Positions 9,185-19,394 of a stretch of 64,000 nucleotides of DNA are shown here, piece after piece (positions within the stretch are counted from its first letter, which is position 1; the number at the start of each line of letters is the position of its first letter). The stretch spans positions 8,292 to 72,291 of the forward strand of contig CBDURO010000003.1 in NCBI GenBank assembly GCA_965369995.1, in the 5' to 3' direction. This stretch comes from an uncultured bacterium. GTDB lineage: Bacteria > Fidelibacterota > Marinisomatia > Marinisomatales > JAHJCW01. The translations under genes were made by a program, and so were the position numbers. The notes beneath the pieces are model-generated. The model made no database searches. It had not been told where the DNA came from and worked only from the letters and a program-made list of their open reading frames with translations.

Positions 9185-12100
9185 ATGTTTCACGTGAAAC
9201 GTCCCTATCAAATTTGCTATCAAACATGGCAATTAATTTGAATATCGATAAAAATGTATTTAGTACTAATCAGTCATTCTCTGGACTTACGAGCTCAGCG
9301 GCAAGCTTGCTATTGCTTTCAATTAATAGTAGTATTTATGACAAGCCGACTCTCATCGTCCTAGAGACTAGTACGTTAGCTGAAAAGCTATATTTAACAT
9401 GTTATAACTTAGCTCCTGACGAAATTGCCTTCTTTCCCGAATCGGTATCAAAAGACTCAGATATTCCAGGATTTAATCTTGAAAACGAACGCTATCGATC
9501 AGAGGCGGTTAACTTTTTTCGTAAAAATAATTCGGGTTTAATTTTTACATCACTGGATGCCTCAAACGAGCCCGCTATAGATAAAATAACAAATGAAGAG
9601 ACCTCTTTTATTCTTAAAATTAATGAAGCCCACGATCGCCAAACATTGCTATCTACTTTAAATAACTGGGACTATGAACAAACCGATCATACAGAAACAC
9701 CAAAGACTTATTCTGTACGTGGGGGAATTTTAGATATATTTTTACCGTATTCTGCCAATCCAACGCGTATAGAGTTTTTTGGAAATACAATAGAGTCCAT
9801 ACGTATTTTTAATCCCAGATCGCAACGCACTATAAAAAATATAAACCGTATTGAAATATTTCCGCCGCCAATAAAAAACACTTCTTCACCTAATAAAATT
9901 TCTCTATTAAATTATTTGGGAAATACGTTTAATATCATCCATTTTTATGAAGAATCAGGATTGTTAAGCATACATTTCAATAAAAACCGCGACAATGATA
10001 TAAATCTGAATTGTAAAAACATAAAACTATCAGAAGAGGATATCTCCGATAACGATATTTCCTTAGATTCAGCATTAAGCACAACAATGCCAGATAATGT
10101 TTTTTTATTTTCAGACAACATCAACACTAAAACATTTCTTAATAAATATAAGCACGAGAGCTTTTTTGCGATACACAATGCCCTAGAAAAAGGTTTTTAT
10201 TCAAAAGATCTAAATCTTTGTTGTTTATCACTTTCTGAACTGAACAGCCAAAAACCTGTATTCCGCTCACGATGGACTGTTGATTCGGTTGCTGAAATTC
10301 CACAAAAAGAATTTTCTTCTTTAGAAGATTTGGATTGGGGTGATTATCTTGTACACCAGGACTTTGGTATCGGTTTATATCGCGGACTAAAGACGCTTTT
10401 AACCCACGACAAAGTAAATCAGGAATGTATTAAAATTGAATACGCAGATAATGCAAACATATATATCCCAATAGATAAATTTAATCGCGTGCATAGAATG
10501 ATTGTTACCGGGGGTAAAGAACCTGCACTCTCTACCTTAAACAGTCCAAAATGGAAGAGGCAGAAACAAATAGCAAAAGAATCTGCCAAAATCGCTGTAC
10601 AAGATTTGGTGAATTTATATACTTCACGAAACAGAAAACGGGGGTTTAAGTATAATAAAAACAATGGTTTCATGCGAGAATTGGAGGCGTCGTTCCCTTA
10701 CGAAGAAACACCTGGGCAAAAAACTACAATAGAAGCGGTTGTATCAGATATGGAAAAAGAATTTCCGGTTGATATGCTCATTTGTGGAGATGTCGGTTTT
10801 GGAAAAACAGAAGTTGCTTTGAGGGCTATCCTAAAGGCGATTGTTTCCGGTAAAAAAGTTCTTTTTTTAACACCTACCACCATTCTTGCTGATCAACATT
10901 TTATATCGACCAAAGCCCGATTAGAGCCTTTGGGCGTACAAGTTGAATTACTATCACGATTTAAAACCAAAAAGCAACAGCAAGAAATATTGGAAAAAAT
11001 GTTAATAGGTAAAACTGATTTGGTAATAGGAACTCACCGGTTACTTTCTCAAGATGTGCTTTTTCCCGATTTGGGGTTGCTAGTAATTGATGAAGAACAT
11101 CGGTTTGGAGTAAAACATAAAGAAAAATTACGTCACTTGCGCTCTACCGTTGATGTACTAACACTTACCGCAACCCCGATACCAAGAACTTTGCAACAAT
11201 CGTTGCTTGGTATACGAGACATAAGTCACATCAATACACCGCCAAAAACACGCCGCCCGATTAAAACATTTGTGCAATATCTCAATTGGGACAATATCAA
11301 AAGTATTGTAAATAATGAACTTGTGCGTGGCGGGCAAGTATATTTTTTACACAATGATATTTCATCAATTCCTTTCATTCTTAAAAAACTTATTGCCCTT
11401 TTTCCTAACCATGTGACAGGCGTAGCACATGGCAAAATGAACACAAGAGATTTAGAAAATACTGTCCTTTCGTTTTTTTCGGGAAATATTGATATTTTAC
11501 TATGCACAACAATAATCGAATCCGGCCTAGATGTATCAAACGCTAACACAATTATTATCAACAATGCACAAAATTTTGGTCTTTCTCAATTATATCAAAT
11601 CAGAGGTCGTGTTGGGCGTAGCTACAGACAGGCTTATTGTTTCTTGTTGTTACCGCACGGTAAAACTATCGGTGAAAGCGCACATAAACGGTTAAAGGCA
11701 ATCGAACATTTTACTTCCTTAGGTTCCGGCTATGATATTTCTCTTAAAGATCTTGAAATTCGCGGTGCAGGTAATCTCTTTGGTTATAAGCAAAGCGGAA
11801 ATATTGCCACCGTTGGATTTGAAATGTATTGTAAACTCTTACAAGAGGTTGTAGATGAATCAATCGGTAATACCGATGTACCACAACCGCCAAAGATTTC
11901 CATGCCAATTAATGCCATGTTAGACAGCGGTTATGTATCGCTCGTGCAAGACAGATTGTATTTTTACCAACAATTATCTGAAGCGCGTGATATTGGCGCA
12001 GTAAACAAAATTGAAGCTGAATTGCTTGATAGATTTAGTAGACTACCGCAGTCTGCAAAAAACTTAATGTATATAACCAAACTTCGCGCAAGGTTAACAG

Positions 12101-12351
12101 GAACCGCTGTGACGTACGTTTCGGTAATCGGTTCTGACCTCACGATAAAATTGGCAGATTTTTCACCTTTTTCATCCGCACAAGCACTATTTAAAGCTAT
12201 TGAAGAAAAATTGGCAATAAATAATTTTAGTTATCAGTTTACCCCGTCAAAAAGTGGTTTTTCGATTTTGGTGAAAGCTGATAATCTTAATCATTCATTA
12301 AAAGCTCTAGAATTATTTGTTGAGCTGTTTTCTAAAGGAAATTTTTCCTAA
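9181..12351 (+). CDS. mfd: transcription-repair coupling factor Mfd
   Basis: 1056 aa; UvrB-homology N-region, helicase motif I GDVGFGKTEVA, DEEH box, TRG-type C-terminal region; the true start could be the Met at 9226. Confidence 0.93.
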   Translation: MNVSRETSLSNLLSNMAINLNIDKNVFSTNQSFSGLTSSAASLLLLSINSSIYDKPTLIVLETSTLAEKLYLTCYNLAPDEIAFFPESVSKDSDIPGFNLENERYRSEAVNFFRKNNSGLIFTSLDASNEPAIDKITNEETSFILKINEAHDRQTLLSTLNNWDYEQTDHTETPKTYSVRGGILDIFLPYSANPTRIEFFGNTIESIRIFNPRSQRTIKNINRIEIFPPPIKNTSSPNKISLLNYLGNTFNIIHFYEESGLLSIHFNKNRDNDINLNCKNIKLSEEDISDNDISLDSALSTTMPDNVFLFSDNINTKTFLNKYKHESFFAIHNALEKGFYSKDLNLCCLSLSELNSQKPVFRSRWTVDSVAEIPQKEFSSLEDLDWGDYLVHQDFGIGLYRGLKTLLTHDKVNQECIKIEYADNANIYIPIDKFNRVHRMIVTGGKEPALSTLNSPKWKRQKQIAKESAKIAVQDLVNLYTSRNRKRGFKYNKNNGFMRELEASFPYEETPGQKTTIEAVVSDMEKEFPVDMLICGDVGFGKTEVALRAILKAIVSGKKVLFLTPTTILADQHFISTKARLEPLGVQVELLSRFKTKKQQQEILEKMLIGKTDLVIGTHRLLSQDVLFPDLGLLVIDEEHRFGVKHKEKLRHLRSTVDVLTLTATPIPRTLQQSLLGIRDISHINTPPKTRRPIKTFVQYLNWDNIKSIVNNELVRGGQVYFLHNDISSIPFILKKLIALFPNHVTGVAHGKMNTRDLENTVLSFFSGNIDILLCTTIIESGLDVSNANTIIINNAQNFGLSQLYQIRGRVGRSYRQAYCFLLLPHGKTIGESAHKRLKAIEHFTSLGSGYDISLKDLEIRGAGNLFGYKQSGNIATVGFEMYCKLLQEVVDESIGNTDVPQPPKISMPINAMLDSGYVSLVQDRLYFYQQLSEARDIGAVNKIEAELLDRFSRLPQSAKNLMYITKLRARLTGTAVTYVSVIGSDLTIKLADFSPFSSAQALFKAIEEKLAINNFSYQFTPSKSGFSILVKADNLNHSLKALELFVELFSKGNFS
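9186..9201. promoter_or_regulatory. parS (ParB-binding) site TGTTTCACGTGAAACG
   Basis: 15 of 16 match to the parS consensus; same 14-bp palindrome as at 7291-7304; covers codons 2-7 of the mfd ORF (NVSRET). Confidence 0.75.
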
Positions 12352-12376
12352 CTTTAATGTTTAAAATGTAGTGTCT

Positions 12377-13171
12377 ATGAGAAAATTATTACCATTTATA
12401 ATTGTTTTATTATTTATCTCTTGTGCGAAAGACAACAGGGTTGACACTCCTATTGTCGCAAAAGTAGAAAACTCAGTTCTTACCATTGCTGAGGCTGAAA
12501 AACTAAAACTTGCCGTTCCTAATCAAAACTATTCCATTAATGATGTAGTTGCGTCATGGATTGATAGAGAATTACTTTATCTCGCAGCAAAACATGGCGG
12601 TCTTGAAAACGATGAAACTTTAAACTCACAAGTCGGTATTTATCGGAAAGATTTATTTGGCAATACTTTCATGGATAATTACATTGCATCACAAATAACA
12701 ATCGAAAATGCAGAGATTAAAACCTATTATGATAAAAATAGAAGTTCCTTCAAACATAAAAATGATAGCGCCAAGATCATGCATTTTTTTATAACGACCG
12801 ACTCGGTTGCTCAATACATTGCTGAGGCTCTGAAACAACCAAATAATTCAACAGACAGAAAAGTACTTTTAGCAAATTATAATGTTGATGTTGCAACCGT
12901 TGAAAAGGGAAATCTTATCGAACAATTAGATTCTGAGATCTTTTCAAATAATAGAACGAATTTTACTATTGGTCCAATTGAAACCGACTATGGATACCAT
13001 ATCATAGAAGTATTAAGCAGATATGAGGCGGGTTCACAAATTAATATTGATGAAGCTTACGATGAAATTTATCAACGACTTTTCAATCAAAAAAAAGCTC
13101 TCAGTTCAATTCGCTTTTTAGATAGTTTAAGAAATCACTATACTGTAAAAATAAATTTAGAGAACAATTAA
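12377..13171 (+). CDS. parvulin (PpiC)-type peptidyl-prolyl isomerase lipoprotein, SurA-like
   Basis: Lipobox LLFISC; SurA-like N-terminal region; parvulin-like C-terminal segment (GPIETDYGYHIIEV); ATG at 12377 preferred over GTG at 12371. Confidence 0.7.
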   Translation: MRKLLPFIIVLLFISCAKDNRVDTPIVAKVENSVLTIAEAEKLKLAVPNQNYSINDVVASWIDRELLYLAAKHGGLENDETLNSQVGIYRKDLFGNTFMDNYIASQITIENAEIKTYYDKNRSSFKHKNDSAKIMHFFITTDSVAQYIAEALKQPNNSTDRKVLLANYNVDVATVEKGNLIEQLDSEIFSNNRTNFTIGPIETDYGYHIIEVLSRYEAGSQINIDEAYDEIYQRLFNQKKALSSIRFLDSLRNHYTVKINLENN

Positions 13172-14472
13172 TGAAAACACAAAAGATAAATCTTATAGTT
13201 TTATGCCTTCTTATTTTTTCAAATGTTGTATATAGCCAAGCAGAAAAAAGCAAGTCGGTTATTGATGGTGTCGCTGCAATTGTAGCAGACAATATTATTC
13301 TAAAAAGCGAATTAGCGCAGATTGTCAATCTTACAGCAATGCAACAAAATATAAATCCTAATCAAAATATGGAGCTATATCAACGTTTACAAATGCAGGT
13401 TTTACAATCGTTGATAGATCAAAAAGTAGTTTTAGAACTTGCAGAAAGAGACACAAACATTATCGTTAAGGATAAAGAGGTTGATATTGCTTTAGAAACA
13501 CAAATAAATAATATTCTAGCGCAAGCCGGCAGTGAAGAAAATGCTGAAAAAATGCTCGGTGAATCATTGCGTGATTTTAAGCGTGAGTATTGGTATGATA
13601 TTCGTGAACGACTATACGCAGATAAATTTCAGCAATCAAAGCTCCAAGGTGTCTCGGTAAATAGAACAGATGTTGAAAGTTTTTATAATACCTACAAAGA
13701 CAGTTTACCATTTTTTCCACCAAAGATAAAACTACGTCATATTTTACTTCCTCTCAAGCCGGGAGAAAAAAGTATAAATACTACCCTTGCTTTGTTAGAC
13801 AGTTTACGTGATGAAGTTTACGCAGGAGCAGATTTTTCAGAGTTTGCAAAATTATATTCACAGGATCCTGGCTCTAAAAACCGCGGAGGCGATCTTGGTT
13901 TTACGCGTCGTGGTTCCTTAGTCAGTGAATTTGAAGAAGTAGCTTTCACACTTGATATCGGAGAGATCAGTAAACCGGTTAAAACAGCTTTCGGTTATCA
14001 CATAATACAACCACTAGAAAAACAGGGTGACAATGTACGTGTGAGACATATCTTAATAACTCCACCAATCTCAGAAGATGATGAACAAAAAGTGTATGAT
14101 TTTGCCGCAACAATTAAAGATTCAGTAAAAACTCTTGATGAATTTATCGCTCTCAATAAGCGACATTCTGTTGATGAGCAAACCAATAAAAGTGGTGGTG
14201 ACTGGGGATGGATAAATCCAAATTCTTTTGCCATTCCGGAAATTGGTCAGGTTTTACAATATTTGGAACTTCATGAATGCAGTCAGCCGGTTAAGACAAG
14301 TTTAGGGTATCACCTATTATGGCTCGAGGATGCCAAGGAAGGCGGATATCCTAATCTAGAAAAACACTGGATTGATATTGAAGCAATGGCTTTAAACAAA
14401 AAGAAAATGGATTGGTATCAAGTCTTTATTCAGGATGCGCGGGAAAAATTCTATATATCGATTAAAAATTAA
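13171..14472 (+). CDS. SurA-like periplasmic chaperone with two parvulin PPIase domains
   Basis: Signal peptide; SurA N-domain; two parvulin cores (FGYHIIQP and LGYHLLWL). Confidence 0.8.
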   Translation: MKTQKINLIVLCLLIFSNVVYSQAEKSKSVIDGVAAIVADNIILKSELAQIVNLTAMQQNINPNQNMELYQRLQMQVLQSLIDQKVVLELAERDTNIIVKDKEVDIALETQINNILAQAGSEENAEKMLGESLRDFKREYWYDIRERLYADKFQQSKLQGVSVNRTDVESFYNTYKDSLPFFPPKIKLRHILLPLKPGEKSINTTLALLDSLRDEVYAGADFSEFAKLYSQDPGSKNRGGDLGFTRRGSLVSEFEEVAFTLDIGEISKPVKTAFGYHIIQPLEKQGDNVRVRHILITPPISEDDEQKVYDFAATIKDSVKTLDEFIALNKRHSVDEQTNKSGGDWGWINPNSFAIPEIGQVLQYLELHECSQPVKTSLGYHLLWLEDAKEGGYPNLEKHWIDIEAMALNKKKMDWYQVFIQDAREKFYISIKN

Positions 14473-14524
14473 TATTCACAAGTTTTCAACATAACCTTTA
14501 ATACTGTAAATTTACCGTCGTTAG

Positions 14525-14645
14525 TTATCCACATAATTATCTACATCTTGTCCACAAAAAATTTATCCTTCTATAAAAATGATCAATTAATTAGATAAAC
14601 ATTATTAGCGGTTAATTATCCACATAATTATCAACAATATCCACA
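14525..14645. promoter_or_regulatory. array of six same-orientation DnaA boxes in two 3-box modules
   Basis: Perfect TTATCCACA at 14525 and 14616; one-mismatch boxes at 14537 (TTATCTACA), 14548 (TTGTCCACA), 14628 (TTATCAACA) and 14637 (ATATCCACA); modules 91 bp apart. Confidence 0.75.
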
Positions 14646-14885
14646 TAAAGTTTTAGTTTAAGTAAATCAACATACAGTTGTCATTATTTATATTAATTTA
14701 AAAAACAATCTATTAATCATATCAACATTATTAACACTATAAATAATAAAATGTTTTTAATATAAATCTAAAATATATTATATAATCAAAACATATTATC
14801 ATACTATTGGGTATGTTTGATATTAAATTTTTATTTACTCTTTATGCTCATAATAAAGTAAATTAATACTCTTTATATAAACAAT
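14646..14885. other. extremely AT-rich tract, candidate DNA-unwinding element and dnaN promoter region
   Basis: About 240 bp with very few G/C per 10-mer, directly following the DnaA-box array and ending at the dnaN RBS (AAGGAAG). Confidence 0.45.
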
Positions 14886-14902
14886 ATTTACAAGGAAGTT
14901 TT

Positions 14903-16015
14903 ATGAAAATTTCAACATCTAAAACAGAATTACAAACGGCTCTCCAGAAACTATCGAAAGCAGTACCAAATCGTTCAACTTTACCTATTTTAAGTTTTGT
15001 ATTATTTCAAGTAGATGATGAAAATACAATTATTAGAAGTACAGATCTAGAAATCACAATTGTAACGAAATTGCCGGCAACTATAACAGAAACAGGGTCA
15101 GCCGCAATTCCTTTGCAACCATTATTAGAGATAACAAACGAGATCAATGATGATAGAATTACATTATCAGTTAATCAACAACATAAAATTGAATTAAAAA
15201 CTGATAATGGTGTTTATGATCTAATGGGAAAACCCCCTGAAGAATTCCCTGCATTACCGCAAACTGACGGTAAAAAGAATTTAGGAATTAATCTTGAAAC
15301 AATGAAATCAGTTATAGAAATGACAAGTTTCGCAGTAAGTCGTGATGAAATGAAACCGGCACTAACAGGAGTTTTTCTTCGGGTGAACGAAAGTCAGCTT
15401 ACCGCAGTTGCGACCGATGGACACCGCCTTGTGCAATACATTGTTAAAGATTATAAAGCCGGTGAGTTTACAGGCGATGTTATTATACCAAGAAAATTTT
15501 TAGGTCTATTTAATACTTTTACTGCGGATGAAGTAAAAATTTTGGTAAGCGATAATCATCTAATCGCATCGTTTGGCGAAGATACGGTTTATACGCGAGT
15601 TATTGATGAACGATTCCCTGATTATGAAAGTGTAATACCGGCGGATAATGATAAAGTATTAGCCGTTAATCGTAATGATTTATTGGGAGCAGTACGAAGA
15701 GTTTCTATCTTTTCAAACAAAGCCACTCATCAAATTGCTCTGCATTTAAATGAGAAAAAAGTACGTATGACAACTGAAGATCCTGAAAAGGCATCGCGTG
15801 GTCAAGAAGATTTATCAGGCGCCCAATATAATGGTGAATCCCTTTTGATTGGTTATAATGCATCATATTTACGTGATATATTAGCTCATGTTCATGACGA
15901 AAATGTGATTATTAAATTGAAAACACCAATAACCGCGACTCTATTTTATCCTGAAAAAGAAAAAGAGAATATAGATTTGACAATGCTATTAATGCCTATT
16001 AGGTTGAACGATTAG
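14903..16015 (+). CDS. dnaN: DNA polymerase III beta sliding clamp
   Basis: 370 aa of three-domain clamp length; N-terminus MKISTSKTELQTALQKLSKAV; conserved dnaN-recF-gyrB synteny. Confidence 0.95.
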   Translation: MKISTSKTELQTALQKLSKAVPNRSTLPILSFVLFQVDDENTIIRSTDLEITIVTKLPATITETGSAAIPLQPLLEITNEINDDRITLSVNQQHKIELKTDNGVYDLMGKPPEEFPALPQTDGKKNLGINLETMKSVIEMTSFAVSRDEMKPALTGVFLRVNESQLTAVATDGHRLVQYIVKDYKAGEFTGDVIIPRKFLGLFNTFTADEVKILVSDNHLIASFGEDTVYTRVIDERFPDYESVIPADNDKVLAVNRNDLLGAVRRVSIFSNKATHQIALHLNEKKVRMTTEDPEKASRGQEDLSGAQYNGESLLIGYNASYLRDILAHVHDENVIIKLKTPITATLFYPEKEKENIDLTMLLMPIRLND

Positions 16016-16049
16016 GCATTAAAGATATTTATAAATATTAGTTTATTTT

Positions 16050-17132
16050 ATGCCAATTAAGGAAATTGAATTGGTTTCTTTTCGCAATCATGATACTATA
16101 AATTTGGAATTTTACCCTAAGATCAATGTTATTTGGGGCAAGAATGGATCGGGTAAAACCGCTATCTTAGAAGCAATACATTCATTATCAATTGGCCGGA
16201 GTTTTAGAACAAATCGGAAAAAAGAATTATTAAAAGACGATAAAGAATTTTTTAGTATAACAGGAAAATTTCAAACTGCTGATAAAATTCAAGAAATTCA
16301 AATTAACCAAACTAAAGACGGAACAAGACGAACGTTCATCGATGGAAATAAACTTGAGAGTATTAGGGAATTGGTAGGATTAAATCCGGTAGTACTGTTA
16401 TCTCCGGAAGAGCAAGTTATAACAAAAGGAGCACCGCAGGACCAAAGAAATTATTTTAATAAATTATTCTCGGTTGTCTCTAATGAATATTTCACAATTT
16501 TATCAGATTATAATAGAATTTTAAAACAACGTAACAAATTATTAGATGATTTTAATTTAACAAACGAAGCGGAAGCAGAATTAGATATTTGGAATGAGAG
16601 GATATCTGAAATCGGTCAAAAGTTGTGGAAGAAAAGGATAGATTATTTCAAAAATTTTAGTCTTGAACTAAATAAAACGGTAAAAGCTTTTAAGGATGAT
16701 GACTTTACATTTTCGTGTGAGCTAGTAACAACAATATCAAATAATGAAAAAGAGTATACGGAAATATTGAATAAAAGACAAAACAGGGATATATACTTAG
16801 GGCGAACAACATATGGCCCGCATACGGATAAAATTAATTTTACGTTTAATGGAAAAAATATCAAACAGTATGGCTCACAAGGTGAACACAAACTTGCATT
16901 ATTATTAATAAAATTAGCGGAAGTAAGGTTAATTAGAAAAGTAACTAAAAATGCCCCGACAGTACTTTTAGATGATTTATTTGCAAAATTAGACGACTAT
17001 CGCAGCAAACAAGCGATGGCAATGATAGATAATGATCTTCAAACAATAATAACAACTACAGATTTAAAAATTGTTGAAGATAGAGGCGTAAAAATTAACA
17101 AATTCAATAATGGCAGTTTTTATTTAGGCTAA
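16050..17132 (+). CDS. recF: DNA replication/repair protein RecF
   Basis: Walker A GKNGSGKT, signature-like SQGEHK, Walker B VLLDD. Confidence 0.93.
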   Translation: MPIKEIELVSFRNHDTINLEFYPKINVIWGKNGSGKTAILEAIHSLSIGRSFRTNRKKELLKDDKEFFSITGKFQTADKIQEIQINQTKDGTRRTFIDGNKLESIRELVGLNPVVLLSPEEQVITKGAPQDQRNYFNKLFSVVSNEYFTILSDYNRILKQRNKLLDDFNLTNEAEAELDIWNERISEIGQKLWKKRIDYFKNFSLELNKTVKAFKDDDFTFSCELVTTISNNEKEYTEILNKRQNRDIYLGRTTYGPHTDKINFTFNGKNIKQYGSQGEHKLALLLIKLAEVRLIRKVTKNAPTVLLDDLFAKLDDYRSKQAMAMIDNDLQTIITTTDLKIVEDRGVKINKFNNGSFYLG

Positions 17133-17407
17133 TGCAAAGTTTAAAAATAGCTATTGATTCAATGTTGAAAAAGTTTGGCATTGATAATGCGATCGCCCAA
17201 AACAGGGCGTTAAATATTTGGAGTGAAATTGTTGGAGACAAAGTTGCAAAAAACACACAGCCCGACAGGGTTGAACATGGCGTGATAATTGTAAAAGTAT
17301 CATCGCCAACATGGCGGCAGGAATTATATTTCCAAAAAAAAGAAATAATTCAAAAAATAAACAATACAATTGGTAAAAATGTAATAAGGGACATAAGATT
17401 CATATGA
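17132..17407 (+). CDS. DUF721 (DciA-like) domain protein
   Basis: 91 aa; typical recF-DUF721-gyrB position; motif W..IVG..VA..T.P..V..G.L.V.V.S..W..EL. Confidence 0.75.
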   Translation: MQSLKIAIDSMLKKFGIDNAIAQNRALNIWSEIVGDKVAKNTQPDRVEHGVIIVKVSSPTWRQELYFQKKEIIQKINNTIGKNVIRDIRFI

Positions 17408-19377
17408 CGAAAGACGTTCAAGAAAAATCTACTTACGGCGCAGAAAAAATTACGGTATTAAAAGGGTTAGAGGCTGTCAGGCGTCGCCCTGCGATGTATA
17501 TCGGTGATGTTGGTAAGCGAGGATTACACCATCTAGTTTATGAGGTGGTCGATAATTCGGTCGATGAAGCACTTGCCGGCGAGTGTACAAAAATAAAAGT
17601 AAGCTTAAATAAAGACGGTTCTGTGTCGGTTGAGGACAATGGTCGAGGAATCCCTGTTGATATACATAAGGAAGAAAAGCTCCCAGCCTTGGAAGTTGTT
17701 ATGACAATTTTACATGCCGGGGGAAAATTTGATAAAGGATCATATAAAATTTCCGGCGGTTTGCATGGAGTTGGTGTCTCGGTTGTAAATGCTTTATCTG
17801 AATTACTTACAGCAGAAGTTCATCGAGACAAAAAAATACACAAACAGAGTTATTCGAGAGGTAAAACAACAGGAAAACTTGAGGTTATAGGAAAAACAAA
17901 AAAGACAGGTACCATAATTACATTTTTACCTGACAGTGAAGTTTTTAACACAACAACTTTTGAATTTGACATCATAAGCGACCGTTTGCGCGAATTAGCA
18001 TATCTTAATAGTGGCTTAGAAATAAAAATTGTTGATAATCGCGGTGACGAAAAAATTGAGGAGCTGTTTAATTATGTCGGAGGCTTAACTGATTTTGTTA
18101 AATATTTAGACAGTAGCAATCAGCCTCTGCATAATAAAATCGTAACAATTACAAAAACCGACACAGAAGTTCCGGTTGAAGTTGCCCTGCGATACAGCTC
18201 AAGCTACACCGAAAATATATTAACATTTGTGAATAATATTAACACGATTGAAGGTGGTACGCATTTATCTGGCTTCCGATCGGCTCTAACACGCGGGCTG
18301 AACAACTACGCAGCTAAAAACAACCTTATTAAAGCAAAGAAAAATGAAAAAATTTTATTGTCAGGAGAAGATTTTAGAGAAGGTTTAACCGCAGTAGTTT
18401 CAGTAAAAGTACCGGAACCGCAGTTTGAAGGACAAACAAAAACTAAACTTGGTAATGGTGACGTTAAAGGAATTGTCGACGCGGCTGTATATGAAGGTTT
18501 GCAAGATTTCTTAGAGGAAAATCCTTCAATTGGAAGGAAAATAATTGAAAAAGCCTTGTTAGCTTCAATAAGCCGTAGTGCAGCTCGTAAGGCGCGTGAA
18601 TTGATTCGTCGAAAGAGTGCCTTGGGTAGCTCAACATTGCCCGGAAAGCTAGCAGACTGCTCAAACAGTGATCCATCTATGTGCGAATTGTACTTAGTTG
18701 AAGGTGATTCGGCGGGAGGCTCTGCTAAACAAGGAAGAAACCGCCGATTCCAGGCCATACTACCATTACGCGGTAAAGTTATAAATGCTGAAAAGGCACG
18801 AATTGATAAATTATTAGCGAATAACGAAATCCAAACAATAATTACAGCAATTGGTGCTGGATTTGGAGGGTCAGATGATGAGTCCGGCGAAAAATCCGCA
18901 TCAGATTTTGATATTGAAAAACTTCGCTATCATAAAATCATTATAATGACCGATGCCGATGTGGACGGAAGCCATATTCGAACCCTATTACTAACATTCT
19001 TTTACAGAAAAATGCCGGAGCTAATTACCAATGGGAATATATATCTTGCAATGCCGCCCTTGTATAAAATAAAACAAGGCAAAAAAGAAGTATATGTATA
19101 TGATGAAAACGAGCGAGAAACGATAGTTGAAAGATTGCAGAGAGAAAATCAGAACAAAAAAATTAATTTGCAACGGTATAAAGGATTAGGTGAAATGAAT
19201 CCGGAGCAATTATGGATTACAACAATGGATCCTGAACGACGCACACTTATGCAAGTAACAATTAATGATGCAATGGAAGCATCAACAACCTTTCAGGAAT
19301 TAATGGGTAGCGACGTAGAAGCAAGACGCGCCTTCATTGAAAAAAACGCAAAATTTGTTTCAAATCTTGACATTTAA
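17404..19377 (+). CDS. gyrB: DNA gyrase subunit B
   Basis: GHKL N-box [41 protein letters not shown]. Confidence 0.97.
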   Translation: MTKDVQEKSTYGAEKITVLKGLEAVRRRPAMYIGDVGKRGLHHLVYEVVDNSVDEALAGECTKIKVSLNKDGSVSVEDNGRGIPVDIHKEEKLPALEVVMTILHAGGKFDKGSYKISGGLHGVGVSVVNALSELLTAEVHRDKKIHKQSYSRGKTTGKLEVIGKTKKTGTIITFLPDSEVFNTTTFEFDIISDRLRELAYLNSGLEIKIVDNRGDEKIEELFNYVGGLTDFVKYLDSSNQPLHNKIVTITKTDTEVPVEVALRYSSSYTENILTFVNNINTIEGGTHLSGFRSALTRGLNNYAAKNNLIKAKKNEKILLSGEDFREGLTAVVSVKVPEPQFEGQTKTKLGNGDVKGIVDAAVYEGLQDFLEENPSIGRKIIEKALLASISRSAARKARELIRRKSALGSSTLPGKLADCSNSDPSMCELYLVEGDSAGGSAKQGRNRRFQAILPLRGKVINAEKARIDKLLANNEIQTIITAIGAGFGGSDDESGEKSASDFDIEKLRYHKIIIMTDADVDGSHIRTLLLTFFYRKMPELITNGNIYLAMPPLYKIKQGKKEVYVYDENERETIVERLQRENQNKKINLQRYKGLGEMNPEQLWITTMDPERRTLMQVTINDAMEASTTFQELMGSDVEARRAFIEKNAKFVSNLDI

Positions 19378-19394
19378 CAGACAGGAATAATAAA

